A DNA stretch of 64,000 nt, from NCBI GenBank assembly GCA_028534125.1, contig CM052816.1, positions 24,430,001 through 24,494,000 of the forward strand, given 5' to 3'. The stretch comes from Lama glama (taxonomy: Eukaryota). The translations under genes were made by a program, and so were the position numbers. The notes under the pieces are model-generated. The model was not told the origin of the DNA and did not search any database. It was given only the letters and a program-made list of their open reading frames with translations. Below, piece by piece: positions 12,591-25,630 of this stretch (positions are counted from its first letter, which is position 1; each line of letters opens with the position of its first letter).

Positions 12591-14649
12591 CCTTCTTCTA
12601 CAAAAATAGATATTAGGGTCCGTACTTTCCAGTTTTGAAAACTCTTTAATTTAGCATATAAAGTACAATATCAGCACTGAGAAAAATCAGTGCCTGCTAC
12701 AACACTGCATTTTCAGAATGTTAACTGTTTACTTTGTCATGCTTACTAATGTTTACTTGGCATAAAGGCAACAATTATATAAATATTGAATAGTACATGT
12801 AGTAGTAATTGACTTACTACAGCTTCATTCCATTTAATAAATTTTCAGTGACTTATCATTATTGCCTGCTCCAGAGAAATTATAAAATAATCAAGCCACA
12901 GTCCCCACCCCCTAGAAACTGCTAGTATATGTCCAAGAGGTCAGCATTAGTACATGTGACATGTGTTCTGATGAATCTTATAATCTTTAAGTCAACCTCT
13001 CTCCAAATACAAGATGCTGTGGTATTGAGTTTGAACTTCATAGCCAGTTTTATCATTTTTTGATTATTTTTTAGACATCCAGACACAGTTTGATTAGTTT
13101 AGATTGATTTTTGTAATAGAAAGAACAAATCACTCTCACTTGTCAAAATATGAATCCGCATCTACTTTTTGCAAAAGATGTAAGGAGATAAGATCTATTT
13201 TTCTTAGATATGTATAATATTTAAATATAGATTTTTTCCCTTTGTATGTTTCTCCACCACTTCTACATTTTGAAGAGAAAAAAAAAAGTGCAGGCTTTCT
13301 GCCTGACCACAAGATCAACCACTACAAGACGAAAAATGGGTGGTATTAAGGGTGCAGCCATCTGCTTGCCACTGGCTCTTGGTGAGACAAGTGAAGCTAA
13401 TTAACAACCCCACCCCCACACTACCCATGCTTCCACCAGCTGGCTGGCCTCCCCTTCCCTCTTTCACCAGCTTCTTTCTGTATTCTCTGGCTTAGGGAGG
13501 TCAGAGACGTTTGCCTGTCCTGGGAAGCAACAACAGTGAGCTTCAGCGACAGCCTGGGCCATGAATTTCTAAAATTTGAAAGGAAATTACGCAAACTACC
13601 TCCCCCACTCCCACCAACAATCTTCTCTTTCACTGATCAGATCTTCCTCAAAACATCTTTTTCACCCTGGCCAGGAAAATTGGGAGGTCTGGAATCCAAT
13701 CTATTTTATAATTGACAATTATCTGAGAGGCAAGTACCTAATTCCCACACTGAGTCTCTCTCATCAAGTTCACCTTCGTTTTAGGGGCAGAAATGGGATA
13801 CCCAGTCACTAAGTAAATATATATTTCACCGTAAAGCCACAGGAAATGATGAGGGGGTAAACTTAATGTGAAACGGCCGTGACAGCTCGTAAGTTATTAC
13901 TCATTAAAAAGATGTCAGATACACAGGACATCAGTGAAGCAAAGATTTTGAGACTTTGAAGAATAAACAGAGTGAGACTTCTAACTGGTAAATACAGACT
14001 AGCTATTAACACACAAGAAATATGATTCTATTTACCTGAGAAATAATGTAGTCTGGATAAACTGATATTTCACTAACAAAAATCCTTGTTAACCTTGGAT
14101 TTGGTTACACAAATAGCAGTATTTTCCCCCTGTACTTCCCTGTACTTCTTGGTCAGACTTTTTTTTTCTTTTTCTACCTTGTAAACTAATACAAGCTATA
14201 TACTGTTTAGAAAAGAAAATCTAACTGTTTCAGTTTAAAAGAAGAAAGACAATAGAAAACAACCTTTGAAAATTACAAACTGCAAATATTGGGTCAGAAT
14301 AAGAATTTGATTAGAATCTCGGAGATAAGCTGTAGTTACACTTAATATGAAAAGACTTGCCCCATAGTTATATTTCAACACAACAATGTTAACTTGAAAA
14401 AGACAAAAATACTGTGAGGTTTTGATGTCAGAATTTTTACCTTACTAAAAGAACTTGCTGAAAGAAATTGCCCAAGTGTATCTTTTTATTTTAATAACAG
14501 AAGGAAAAAGAGGCCAACAAACCAGTTCAGAGTATTTTTTAAAGCTGGATAAAATTAAGCTGTGACTCAGATCTGTACAGAACAGCAGATGCTTCCTACC
14601 TGTAGGAGACATCTGTAACTTTTTTGGTTGCTTGCTCTGAACTGTCTTC

Positions 14650-15100
14650 CTATGTTTGGGGAATTCCTAACCATTTGAGTCTTAGCAAGAGACAGCCTCT
14701 CACTCTAGATGCTAAAAAAGCCAGCCAGTCATTTCTTTTGCAGGCTTAGGTTTAGCCAACCAGATGCAGGAGCTCCAGAATTCGACATAAACCAATGGGA
14801 AGATTGGCGAATCCATTCTGGTAGCAACATCCAATTTCCAAAGGCACTGGGGACAGAGCACTGTCCTACATGCAGGGTTTATGGGGATAGGAGCTACAGA
14901 ATCTACTCTTGCTCGGAACACTAATGAACTTCCCAGACAAGTTCCCAAGACACGCCCCGCAGCGTGTAGCCTCCTTTGACCTAGGGCCTCAAGCCTTCCC
15001 ACCATTCTGCATGCTACGCAGTATGTTTTCAGCATTTTCCTTCTCTGCTTAAGTTAGAATTCACTTCTGTTGCTTGCAGCCAAGAACCCTAAGGGACACA
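14650..15100 (+). mobile_element. Ancient ERVL-type solo LTR (LTR33/LTR16-like)
   Basis: 3' terminus ttctgttgcttgcagccaagaaccctaa...aca is typical of old ERVL LTRs; the 5' boundary is uncertain. Confidence 0.5.
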
Positions 15101-15498
15101 GAGCCTCTGGCATCGTGACTTAGAATTTACAAGAGAGAAACCAGTGAATGGAGTATAATTTCTCTTATAAGCTATCAGCTGCCCCTAAAAGAGTTGAAGG
15201 TAAGTTCATTAGTGAAGAGATATGTGTATATTTTCCTTTAATGTAAGACAAGGACATCAGTCTGGGATACATGGGGCAAGGCCAGTTGCGGTGATAATCT
15301 AGAAACAAGGATGGGAAATCTTATCCTCTTATCTAGGTCCAGGCCTAGATAACTTACACCGCTTAAAAATGCAGGAGCACAAAGCTGTATTCACTTTACA
15401 AAAACATAAAACAAAATAACGTACATTAAACACATGAAAATGTTTGCCAATGGGAGTTGGAAATAGGAGTGGGGAGTGGAGATAAAAGGGAACGGTTT

Positions 15499-15622
15499 GG
15501 GGGAAGGTATAGCTCAGAGGTAGCTGGTAGTGGCTAGGCATGCGCTGGTTCAATCCCCAGTACTGCCACAAACAAACAAACAAACAAATAAACGTAATTA
15601 CCTTCCCCCGGGGGGGGAAAAA
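15499..15622 (+). mobile_element. tRNA-derived SINE (Vic-1-like)
   Basis: ggggaaggtatagctcagaggtag...ggttcaatccccagtac, then (caaa)n and taattaccttccccc. Confidence 0.85.
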
Positions 15623-15964
15623 AGGAATAGCTGAATAAACTCACACAAAATGCAGGGCCTCTATTTGAAGACATCTGGTCCACATATTTGGTGCCACTTC
15701 CTCTGCCCCTGAGATCTCCAGAAGAGAAAGAAACTCCAGCTGACCCTCCTTTCAGCTTGGCAAGAAGCAGAGCAGAACAGAGCCTGAAGGTTTTGATGGG
15801 ATTCACCACGAGGCTGATGCTCCCAGCTCAGGTAAAAACAGGCAGCAGGGGGTTGTAAGAATGCCTGGGTGGGGAATTGTGGCAGAGTATGATGATATCA
15901 AACACCCTATTTCATAAACAAAACTCTTTAAGTCTAGACCTAATAATGATACCATTGCAATTTT

Positions 15965-16212
15965 GTAAGCTGTTTTGTTTAGGGAGATAAAAAAGTTTGG
16001 AAATAGATGGTGGTGATGGTTGCATAACATCATGAATGTAATTAATGGCACTGAATTGTACGCTTAAAATGGTGAAGATGGCAAATTTTGTTAAATATCC
16101 TTTACCACTACCTAAAAATATTAATAATGTAACATACCAAAACCCACTGAATTGTTCACTTTAAATGGGTGAATTGTATCTTATGTGAATTATACCTCAA
16201 CAAAGCAGTTAA
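15965..16212 (+). mobile_element. L1M 3' UTR fragment
   Basis: ggaaatagatggtggtgatggttgcataac...gaattgtatcttatgtgaattatacctcaacaaagc. Confidence 0.75.
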
Positions 16213-16974
16213 AAATTATTCTAAGTGTTTAGTGATCTTCACTTTTAAACATTTGGCACCTGGTGCTGAACACTGCAACCTTTTGGGAACTGAGAAACTG
16301 TCCCTCCTGTCTAATGGATCACTTCCCTTTCCCAGCACATTAGATGCATGTATCAGGGACAATAGTAATACGAACATCCCAAGGTTTGGAATACATCACG
16401 AGTTTATCACTGAAAAGAAATAAAATGTAGTAAATATCAAGAATCTAGCATAGATAGATACCCTCACCTAGAGATTTGGCAGCCCTGTCAGAGGGAAGTT
16501 GAGAATATTCAAGTTACTTGCTGGTAACACTTTTTTTCTTTTTTAAAATCTATGAAGGTTAAATGAGAAGCCGCTGGCTTCAGGTCCACAAAATGTCAGA
16601 CAACATCTTTGAAAGCTCCCAAAACTGGATCAGCCGCAGCTGGAAGGGTCAGAGCTGCGACAGGCGCCCAGGCCAAACCTCACAGCTGCGCAGCGTAGCT
16701 TCTTCATTTCTGGACCGGTTCCTGTATTTGCCCTGGCCATTCCTCTGTCCCTGCCATCAATCATGCTGTTCCCTACATCTGGAATGTCTTTTCCACTTAC
16801 CAGCAGGTGCCCCAATTCCACCAATCACTCAAGGTTCAGCCAAAATAGCATTCTCTCCCTTCTCCAGCTGGAAAGTCACGTTCGGATCGAACCAAATTGA
16901 TTTCAAAGTGAGGATTGCATCTGATTTGAACAAACAAATGACAATATTTTTTACATTATTGTGAAAAGGTAAAC

Positions 16975-17295
16975 CTAGAATGGGTATTAAATTACATAAT
17001 TATTACTCATTTGTTAGGCATGATAATGGCACAGGTGTGGGGTGTGTACGTATCTATAAATACTTATGCATTAGACGTCCATAGTGAAGTATTCAAGGAT
17101 GAAATTATGTCATGTGTACTTTTTAAATTTGCTTTAGAATACTGACGAAAAACTAAAAGTGGGAAGGATAGGTGAAACAAGATTGGCAAAATGTTGCTAG
17201 GTGTTGAAGCTGGATAATGGATATACAAGGTTCATTGTGCTATTCTTACTACCTTTGCATATATTTGAAAACTTCCAGAATAAAGTTTTTTTAAA
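16975..17295 (+). mobile_element. L1ME-like 3' UTR fragment
   Basis: gaaacaagattggcaaaatgttg...ttgaagctggataatgg...catatatttgaaaacttccagaataaag. Confidence 0.65.
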
Positions 17296-20200
17296 GTAAA
17301 AAAACAAACCAAAAAAAGCCAAAGTGATGATTGCAGACACACCTCTCAGATATTTTTGACCAGGTAGGGGGTTGGAGGTGGAGATCACAAGTGTAACATG
17401 ACTCTAATTGCTGGCATGGGAAGACCAGCAAAATCATGTTGAGAAGGGAAAATACCATCCCTATGGCTCCCTACTGTCCTACAAGTTTAGACCTCTTAGA
17501 TCACCTAAGGATCTTCTTTCAATATCAAAGGAGGCATTTTAAAATAATTATTCATGTAGTGTAGCTAGTGATTTTAACATCTTAATTCAAGGTAATGACC
17601 TTTCTTTACAAATTAGTCTTCTATAATTATTATGGTAAAACACCTTGTATACACATTTTTTCTCTCCTGGTGTGACATTTAACTTTTGTTGAATTACTCT
17701 TAAATGCTTATGTTAGTGGCTCCCAAGGAAATAATTGCATTACCTGGAGCAGTTGCTTCCAAATCTTTTAAAAGTCACAAGCATAGAAAATAATTTTTAA
17801 TTTGGGAACACAGAAGCAAAAGGCTGAGTCAACCACATCCCCAATTCCTCTGCACAGGGAGCATATTTATTTATTTATTCAATCATCTATCCATCCCCTT
17901 GTCCATCCATTCCTTTTTATCTCCATTCCCCACTCCCAGAGGCAACCATTTTGACGTGTTTACTGTATATTATTTTGTTTTCTGTATTATTGTAAAGTGT
18001 AGCATTATTTTGTACTCCTGCATTTTTAATTTGTGTGACATCAGGTTGCAGATCTCATTCCATTTCTTCCTTCATTCCCTCAGCACGGGACCCACACTGT
18101 TGCTGAGTGCACATCTAGTCTTTTACACAGGACTTCATGGTGGCCATCGCCTACATGAGCACCCACCCCAGTGAGGGGCACCCTGACTGCAGCAGCTCCC
18201 TGGGTCCGCAGACCCCACCATGATGAATACCCTCCTACATGCCCCCTTATGGACCTGGGAGGGAACGGCCGGATCATAGAGTACATAGACATTCATCATG
18301 ACTACGTACCCTCTATTGCTCTGTAGACTACACTCCTCTAAAAGCTGTATATAAGGTTTCCTAGAGGCCTACGGTGCCACCAGCATTTGGCATGAAAAGG
18401 AGAATATCTGTAAAGTACACTGGGGAGAAAAGATGAGGCTGCTCCTTGGAAGAAAATAGGCCTCTGAATTTCTGCAGCCTCATCCCTGCAGCCTCCCTGG
18501 GGCAGAAGCATCAACACCTTGGGGCCCATAACCCATTTCGAGGCATTTCTCTGCACCAGGACACAGAGAAGGAAACGCCAGAGTAGGATGCCCTCCATCC
18601 CTACCTCCCACCACCTTCTTAAAAAAATTAACTCAATGCTCAGGATTATGTGGAATGAGAAAAACTACTGTTAAATTTCTCAGGGTGGGACTTACTGTTC
18701 CACCTCCCCGGAGGTGTGAAGGTGTCTACCAGGAGAAGAACCAAGGGTCACCACCAGCAGCCACCAACAAACACTTCCAGCACTCATTCCCGTTGCCACT
18801 GATGCTGTTGCTTTCCATCCTGCCACAGTCCTGGAACCAAACATTGTTATTTCCAGTTTAAGGGAGAAGTAAACACTGAGGACGTGACACAGGTAGGGCC
18901 TCACAGCAGAGGGTCTGAGGGGCAACTGGAACCTAGGCCTGCTTGACTGCAAACCACAATTTCTTTGTATGTCCTCCTGGAAGATATTGCAAGAACAAAG
19001 GGTAGAAATAAGCCTGCAGGAGAAATTAACCCTGCTTCCTTGGGGAACCTGGGAGTGTCATGTGCAGAGCTAAAGGCTCCGGGACTGGGCTCTCCCAGGA
19101 ATACTGCAGATTCCCAGGAAAGCATGGCTCCCTTTCTTTTGTCCTGTGACCCCAGGTTTCTGGAATTTTGGTCTGGCAGTTGAGATACAAACATGTAAAC
19201 TTTGTTTGGAAAAATCTGATGATCTAAGAATCATGGAACTTGCTTGGATAGATTTTTTTCCTATTTGGTGTTTTGCTTTCCTCCAGAGGTGTGAAGTGAG
19301 TGACAAATATGTTTTCACAGTCTGCGCATTGAGGCTGACAGAGAGAGTAAAATAGGCACCTTTTCTATTACTAAAAAATGGAAAGGAAGGGGGAAAGTTT
19401 TTTTTTTTTACAGAATTATTTTAAAAATCCCAGTTGATGGGATGATAAGGAGATAAATAGCTCAAAAGATGACATCTTCATTTATTCACATGAAATGTAA
19501 GGGTTTGTTGCAGTCTGGAGTGAGGATTTCCAGGACTCTCGTATATATTAAATTCCAGGAGAGGAAGAAACATTTGCTTATAGGTGTCTCTAGAAATGCA
19601 GACAGTTTATTAACCAGGCAGGAAGCTAATCTGCACATGCTTGGCCTATAGTTCAGAGTTTCTAACAACACCAGGAACTGAAGACAGAGTAGGTCTGACA
19701 ACTCCCTTCCTAGTAGTGAAGTGTTCAAACCTGGGGTCATCGTAGGTGTGATGAGGCATTCTCTGGGTTTCCAGAAAAGCATTTTCACCTCAGGACTTGG
19801 AGAAGATGTATCACACCCAAAGTATCATATAGCCATGGGAAATACACTTAGGACATTTGTGTGGGACTTCAAACAAGGACAGGCTACTGAAATAGTGACT
19901 CGAACAGCTATATTTATGAGTACATAATTATAGGTAGTTAATTATGGTTTTCCATCTATATATTTAGAGAGATTGTAAATAGTACAATTTTGGGATGTGA
20001 TGAAGGACAATGATGTCAAAATATATGTGCATATGTCTATATACATACACATATTCAAGATCAGAAGCCAATTAGTATCCATGGCATAGAACAAGAATGA
20101 GACATTTTTGGACCTTAAATCTCTTTTTAAATTCTATTTTAAAAGCTAATTAAATAAGAGATCTGTCCTTGTATGTTCATAGTAATTGCAAGTTGTTTGC

Positions 20201-21653
20201 CTCTCATATATCTCCCACTGCATAGTAAGATACCAAATTCATCCTATGTTTTCCATTGGTCACACCTCTGACTCATATCACCGCAGTAAGCCTTAATTTG
20301 TTTCTTACAAAGTCTTGAAAATAGAATATTAGGAAAGAACACATCATTTAATGTGTTCATCACTCATATGGAAAATAAACAAAGCTCGTCTTTGATTGTA
20401 ATATGTGCTTATAGTATTAAACTCAAGGTGTGGTGGGCAGTGGACTGCCCCCATCTTCCTTAAGAACTTCCCACTGAGCCCAGGCAAGTGGGTTCTCCTA
20501 AGTGTTGTTTCTGTTGTGTGGTTCTTTCCTACAAGACTGGCTGATCAGTCCAGAGCAGAACCCAGAGCAAAGAGGGAAATCATTCTCTCTCTCCTACGAG
20601 TGGATATTTTGACCAAGAAGTGTTTGCAGCAGCAAGCACCCAAAGTCTCTGACTGTCTGGGCTCAGCGAGGTCCCCAGAGATGCCCTGGTTCTGCCCCTT
20701 GAAGGCCTGGTGCCCCCTTCCCACTGCGTTCAAGGCCATGCCCTAGCAGTCTCCCACAAGTGCCTCCACCCCTCACGTTTTTTCTCTTTTTTTGTTCAAG
20801 TTCTCTTTGTTTTTGTTCACTTGTAAACAGAGAGATCTCAATTTAACATAACACAACACACGTTTAATAAGATACTATTTCAGTGCTAATGTGGAATTTA
20901 TGGTTTATGATAAAATGAAGATCATAGAGTCATCTTCCATCTAACTCTGTCCTATCTGAAGAACTCTGAATAGCCACAGCTGATGTGTTTAGAATGATGT
21001 GAAGTAAGTTAAAACAGCATCAGAGAAAATGGAATTTGTGGGGAAATGTAGAACTTGTTAACTTAAACACTAACTTCTTTTTTTTTTTTGAGTAAAAACG
21101 TCTGTTTGATATTCTTTCAGTATCCCAGTCTCACCACCACTAAAAGCCATTCAATTTCTTATAACCAAAGGCAAATCTTGGTTTGGCTTAAGTGCCAGAT
21201 ATAAATGTTCTTGCTGACTGACTCAGGATGTAAAAGTCCTAAGTCATTACAGGCTAGTGAGGTTTCAAAAAAATTTAAACAGCAGGAAATAGAGCAGAAC
21301 TCTTACCAACACATGCAGACTACAGTAGCAGCCACAAAATATGTAGTATCCTGTTCAGCCACATTCACTGGGCTGGATTATACTCTCTCATAGACCCAGT
21401 TAACTCCGAAAGAACTTAATAGGTATATATTGTTTAGAGTGGGAGTGAGCAGTGTAATTAAACCCATAGTCTTTAATTCTTCTCAAGTTCAGATGAAAGC
21501 AATGATTTCGGTTTTGTCTAACATATAGGGTGTGTCTCCAATTAAACTAAAATCGTAACAAGCACCTCTGGTTTCTTCTTCAGGATCTCTATCACGAAAA
21601 CTAATGGTATGGTTCTGCTCCTCCCTCTCCCACCCCCGTTCTTCTGGAAGCAA

Positions 21654-21872
21654 TTTTTTGAATTTCAATTATAATATTTTAATTTATTTATTTGACATAT
21701 AGTTGATTTGCAATGTGTTAGTTTCTGGTGTACAGCAAAGTGATTCAGTTTTAGATATACATATATACATACTTTTTCACATTCTTTCCCATTATAGTTT
21801 ATTATAAGATACGGAATACAGTTCCCCATGCTATCCCTCTATGTCGTTTATTTTATGTATAGTAGTTTGTAT
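21654..21872 (-). mobile_element. 5'-truncated L1 3' end
   Basis: Reverse-complement L1 3' UTR (tttctggtgtacagcaaagtgattcag); TSD tctggaagca on both sides. Confidence 0.85.
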
Positions 21873-23498
21873 CTGGAAGCAGCCATATCTTGATGTACCT
21901 GAAAATCTCCATCCAGGGCACAGGTACACATCTGATCTCCTTTTTGCACAAAAAGAAATGGCCTAAAGCTGGGGACAGAGTTTGATAAGATAAGATGTGG
22001 TGACTTGGGTTAGAGTTCCAGTCTGTCCCTGTCTAGAACATCCTTTCATGGACTCCTGCCCCTCCCATCAATTAACTGAGGTTCTTTCTCACTCAAGTGA
22101 TTGTTTATAAGAGAAGATACTAAAAGAATTCCCAGACCTGCGCTTTTGTAAAGATGTCTAATAATACCACACCTTCCCTAGTCTAAATGAGAAATTCAGA
22201 CATGTCCTAGGGGTCTCCTGGTTAAGTTCACTAATGAGTCTTATTGTCAGCCCAAAGTGACAATTTTCAGCACACTGAGCATGAGTCCTTGAGTGCCAGA
22301 ACATTGTCCAATTCATCTTTGCATCCCTAGCACCTACCAACATGTGGGCTATTGGGAAGCTCAGTAAGTATTTGTTAAATAAGCATATCTTCTTTGTCTT
22401 TCCTACTAGAACTTAGCTCTCAGTGGGAGTAAGACTCAACGTTAGATTCCATACAGGTCAGACAAATTTCATGCACAAGGAAAGACCTTAAGACATATCC
22501 CAATATGTATTTATCAAATTAAAGAAAAAATAGTAAGTTTGGCAAACACAAAGAGATTTTAAATACAGAGTCTTCAGGCAAACTGGAGGGCCTGAACAAG
22601 GCATATAAAAAGACCACTCAAAAACTCAAGACTTTGCTCTAGGAACCAGGTGACTGGCCCCCAAAGCAAGCCCCAGAAGGGGAAAACCAAGCTGGGCTGA
22701 GGATTTTCAGGAAAGCTTCAAAAGAAAGATGGAACCCACTGGAACTGCAATGACTGGGTGAGAGGCAGACGAAGCCAGCCACTCCCACCTCCCCGGGGCC
22801 TCAGAAATAGTCACCACTCCCACTCCTCAGTTGGATGTTGAGTCAAACCAAAACTGACATGAAAGCTAATAGGCTTTCCCTCCTCTTTCTTTTTGCATCT
22901 AAGGCATAACAGGGAAAATACAAAGACAACAAAAACTTTTGTAATAAAATTGTGCTTGAAGGAGTGACTTATTTATTATCTTTGGCAAGTGTCCACTGAA
23001 GGGTCTAACACTGCATCTCTCCCTCCCCGTGATTTGTGTGAGAGGAGGCAGGTAGCAGAAGGTGATTTCATTCCTTCTCTACATAAGCTTTCACTCGTCT
23101 GCCTCTGAAAATAACTCTTTATCTGGGGTTTAAGTGGGGCCAGGTCTAATGGAATCTCAAATGTGAAATTTTAATTTTTTTAAGAAGAAAACAAGAAACA
23201 AAAACCCAATACAGCAAAGGCCATTGATTTGTACACTTTAAAATGGTTAATAATTAAGTTCATGTTATATGAATTTTACCTCAATTAAAAAAAAATGAAT
23301 CAAGCAACCTTAATTTGCAGTTAAAGTCTTTCCAAGGCCATGAAATTTGTCCATCCTGCTTTGCGTTTGTAAAGGGCTGGACCTGTCCAAAAGGAATTTA
23401 GCACCTTGAGGAGTCCTGGGCTCAGAATCTGAGTTAAAATCCCAGCTCTGCTTCGTCTTGGGGACCCTTTAACCTCTCTATGCCTTTAAAAAAAAAAA

Positions 23499-23539
23499 TC
23501 GTCGTCATCGTCGTCGTCATCATCGTCATCATCATCATC
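23499..23539 (+). repeat. (TCG/TCA)n compound trinucleotide microsatellite
   Basis: tcgtcgtcatcgtcgtcgtcatcatcgtcatcatcatcatc directly after a poly-A. Confidence 0.9.
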
Positions 23540-23829
23540 CAGGATTGGAATATCTCGTCACCTAAGTCTCTTCCAGAAGTAAACCGTCTGATTTAAAAGC
23601 AAGAGGCATCTACATCTTTATTGCTATCTTCCACAAGAGCTCCTTTCACATTTCATCACTCAGTGTAGAGGCCCAGTGACGGGACACAAGCCCCGAAACC
23701 CAAGCAAATCGCTTTCCCTGGATCTCTCCTTACCTAGACGCACATTCACTGAAAAGAACAACAAATTAACACATTCCAAGACACAAAAATAAATACAACC
23801 TAAGTCTGCTCCCAAGAAGTGAGCAGTCT

Positions 23830-24095
23830 ATTGACCATTACGTAAACATTTACAAAAGGACAAATCACAGCACAGCCAGGGAAACGCAGTGATCAGAGCA
23901 GGAGTAGAGCGCGGTGAAAGCTGGGGAAGGAGGTGGACCCCGCGGACATAGCAGCGCGGGAGGCCGGCGGGGCTGAGCACTCCCGCGCAGGCGGGGCGGG
24001 GCGGGTGAGCAGGTGCGCTGTGGGCAACAGCCCCGTAAGCACCATTATTCTTCCCATCTGACCTAAGAGCAGCTCAGGCTTGGCAGCGGACACAG
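23830..24095. promoter_or_regulatory. Small orphan CpG-rich element, putative distal enhancer or promoter
   Basis: Local CpG cluster in otherwise CpG-depleted DNA. Inverted GCGCGGGAG/CTCCCGCGC pair, tandem GC boxes 23990-24005, TTACGTAA 23838-23845. Confidence 0.6.
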
Positions 24096-24099
24096 AGAT

Positions 24100-24835
24100 C
24101 CCCACGATGTTCTTAATTACAAAGAGAAAATTAGTTACCTTACGGTGGAGAAAATTGGAAAACAGCTTCTTATCCAAGGATTATAGTTAAAAATCACTCG
24201 ATAGGGAACAAATTGACATCATGTGTTTCCTGATCTTGTGCACTGAAAAATCTGTGGAATTTCTGCCCAAAGTACCAAATCTGATTTTAATCATAAGGAA
24301 GCACCAGGCTAACCCAAACTGAAGGACACTCCGCAAAGTAAATGACTAGGACGCTTTAAAAATACTGTCATGAATGGAAAAAAAAAAGCAACTGTTCCCG
24401 ATTAAGAGTCTAAAGAGACATAACAATTGAAAATAATACATGATCTAGGATTTTCTTCTGCTATAAAGAAGAATTTCTGACAATTGGAAAAATCTGAATA
24501 AGATCTGGAGCTTATATAATAATATTGTATCGATGATAATCTCTTGATTTTGTGGTTATGTGAGAGAATGCTCTTATTTTTAGGAAATACACACTGAAGG
24601 GAGATCATGTCTGCAGGTTATTCTCAAGTATTTCCCCATAAAGTATGTGTATATGTGTAAGTGGAGGGGAAAAGAATAAAACAAATATGATAAAAATGAT
24701 TATAAATCAATAAAAAATGTTAAAAAAAACAAATATGATAAAATGTTAACATTTGTTAAATATGGGTGAAAGATATTTGGGAATTCAGTGTGCTATCACT
24801 GCAACTTAAAATTTGATTTTATACCAAAATTAAAA
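24100..24835 (+). mobile_element. L1MC/MD-like 3' UTR
   Basis: ccaaactgaaggacactccgcaaagtaaatgact, gattaagagtctaaagagacataacaattgaaa and tttttaggaaatacacactgaag motifs. Confidence 0.75.
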
Positions 24836-24846
24836 GATAGGGGAGA

Positions 24847-24982
24847 GGGAGAGAGTATAGCTCAGTGGTAAAGTGTATGCTTAGCATGTACAAGGTCCTG
24901 GGTTAAATCCCCAGTACCTCCACTAAAAATAAATAAATAAACCTAGTTAACTCCCCCAGCCCACCCCTACCAGAAGAAAAAA
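24847..24982 (+). mobile_element. tRNA-derived SINE (Vic-1-like)
   Basis: gtatagctcagtggtaaagtgtatgcttagcatgtacaaggtcctgggttaaatccccagtacctcc followed by (aaat)n. Confidence 0.9.
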
Positions 24983-25116
24983 AGTTAGAGGAAAAAAAGA
25001 ATTCAAATTGAGCCTGTTGATGCTAGAATACAAACCCAGATTGGTGTGATCAGGTTTTTGACTATTGGGTATTTACTGCTTCTCTATCTAGATCAAGAAT
25101 GTGAGACACCCTGGAT

Positions 25117-25630
25117 TTTTTTTTAGATATAACTTACAAACTATAAAATTCTCTCTTTACCTGTATAATTCAGTGGGTTTTAGTTGTGCAGCCATCATCA
25201 CTATTTCCAGAACACATTCATCATCTCCAAAAGAAACCTCCTACCCATTAGCAGTCACTTCTCATTCCCTTCCATCCTCAACACCTGGCAACTACTTTCT
25301 GCCTCTATAGATGTCCCTATTCTCACCATTTCATTTAAACAGAATCATATAATACGTAGCCTTTCATGTCTGGCTTCTTTCACTTAGCATAATGTTTTTA
25401 AGATTCATCCATGTTGTAGCATCTATCAGTTCTCTCCATTTCTTTTAATTACTAAATAATATTCCATTGTATGGATATGCCACAGTTTATGCATCAGTTG
25501 ATGCATATTTGGGGTTTTGGCTGTTGTGAGTAATGCTGCTATGAACATTCATGTACAAATTTTGGTGTGGTTGTATGTTTTCAATGCTCTTGGCTGTATA
25601 CCTAGGAGTGAAATTGCTGGAACACGTAGT
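25117..25630 (-). mobile_element. L1MB-like 3' end
   Basis: cccattagcagtcacttctcattccc...ttcacttagcataatgttttt...tatacctaggagtgaaattgctgg. Confidence 0.85.

Noticed and set aside
16800..16813. CCAGCAGGTGCCCC CTCF-like sequence
   Set aside because: Mismatches at the conserved GGC positions make it too weak to call.
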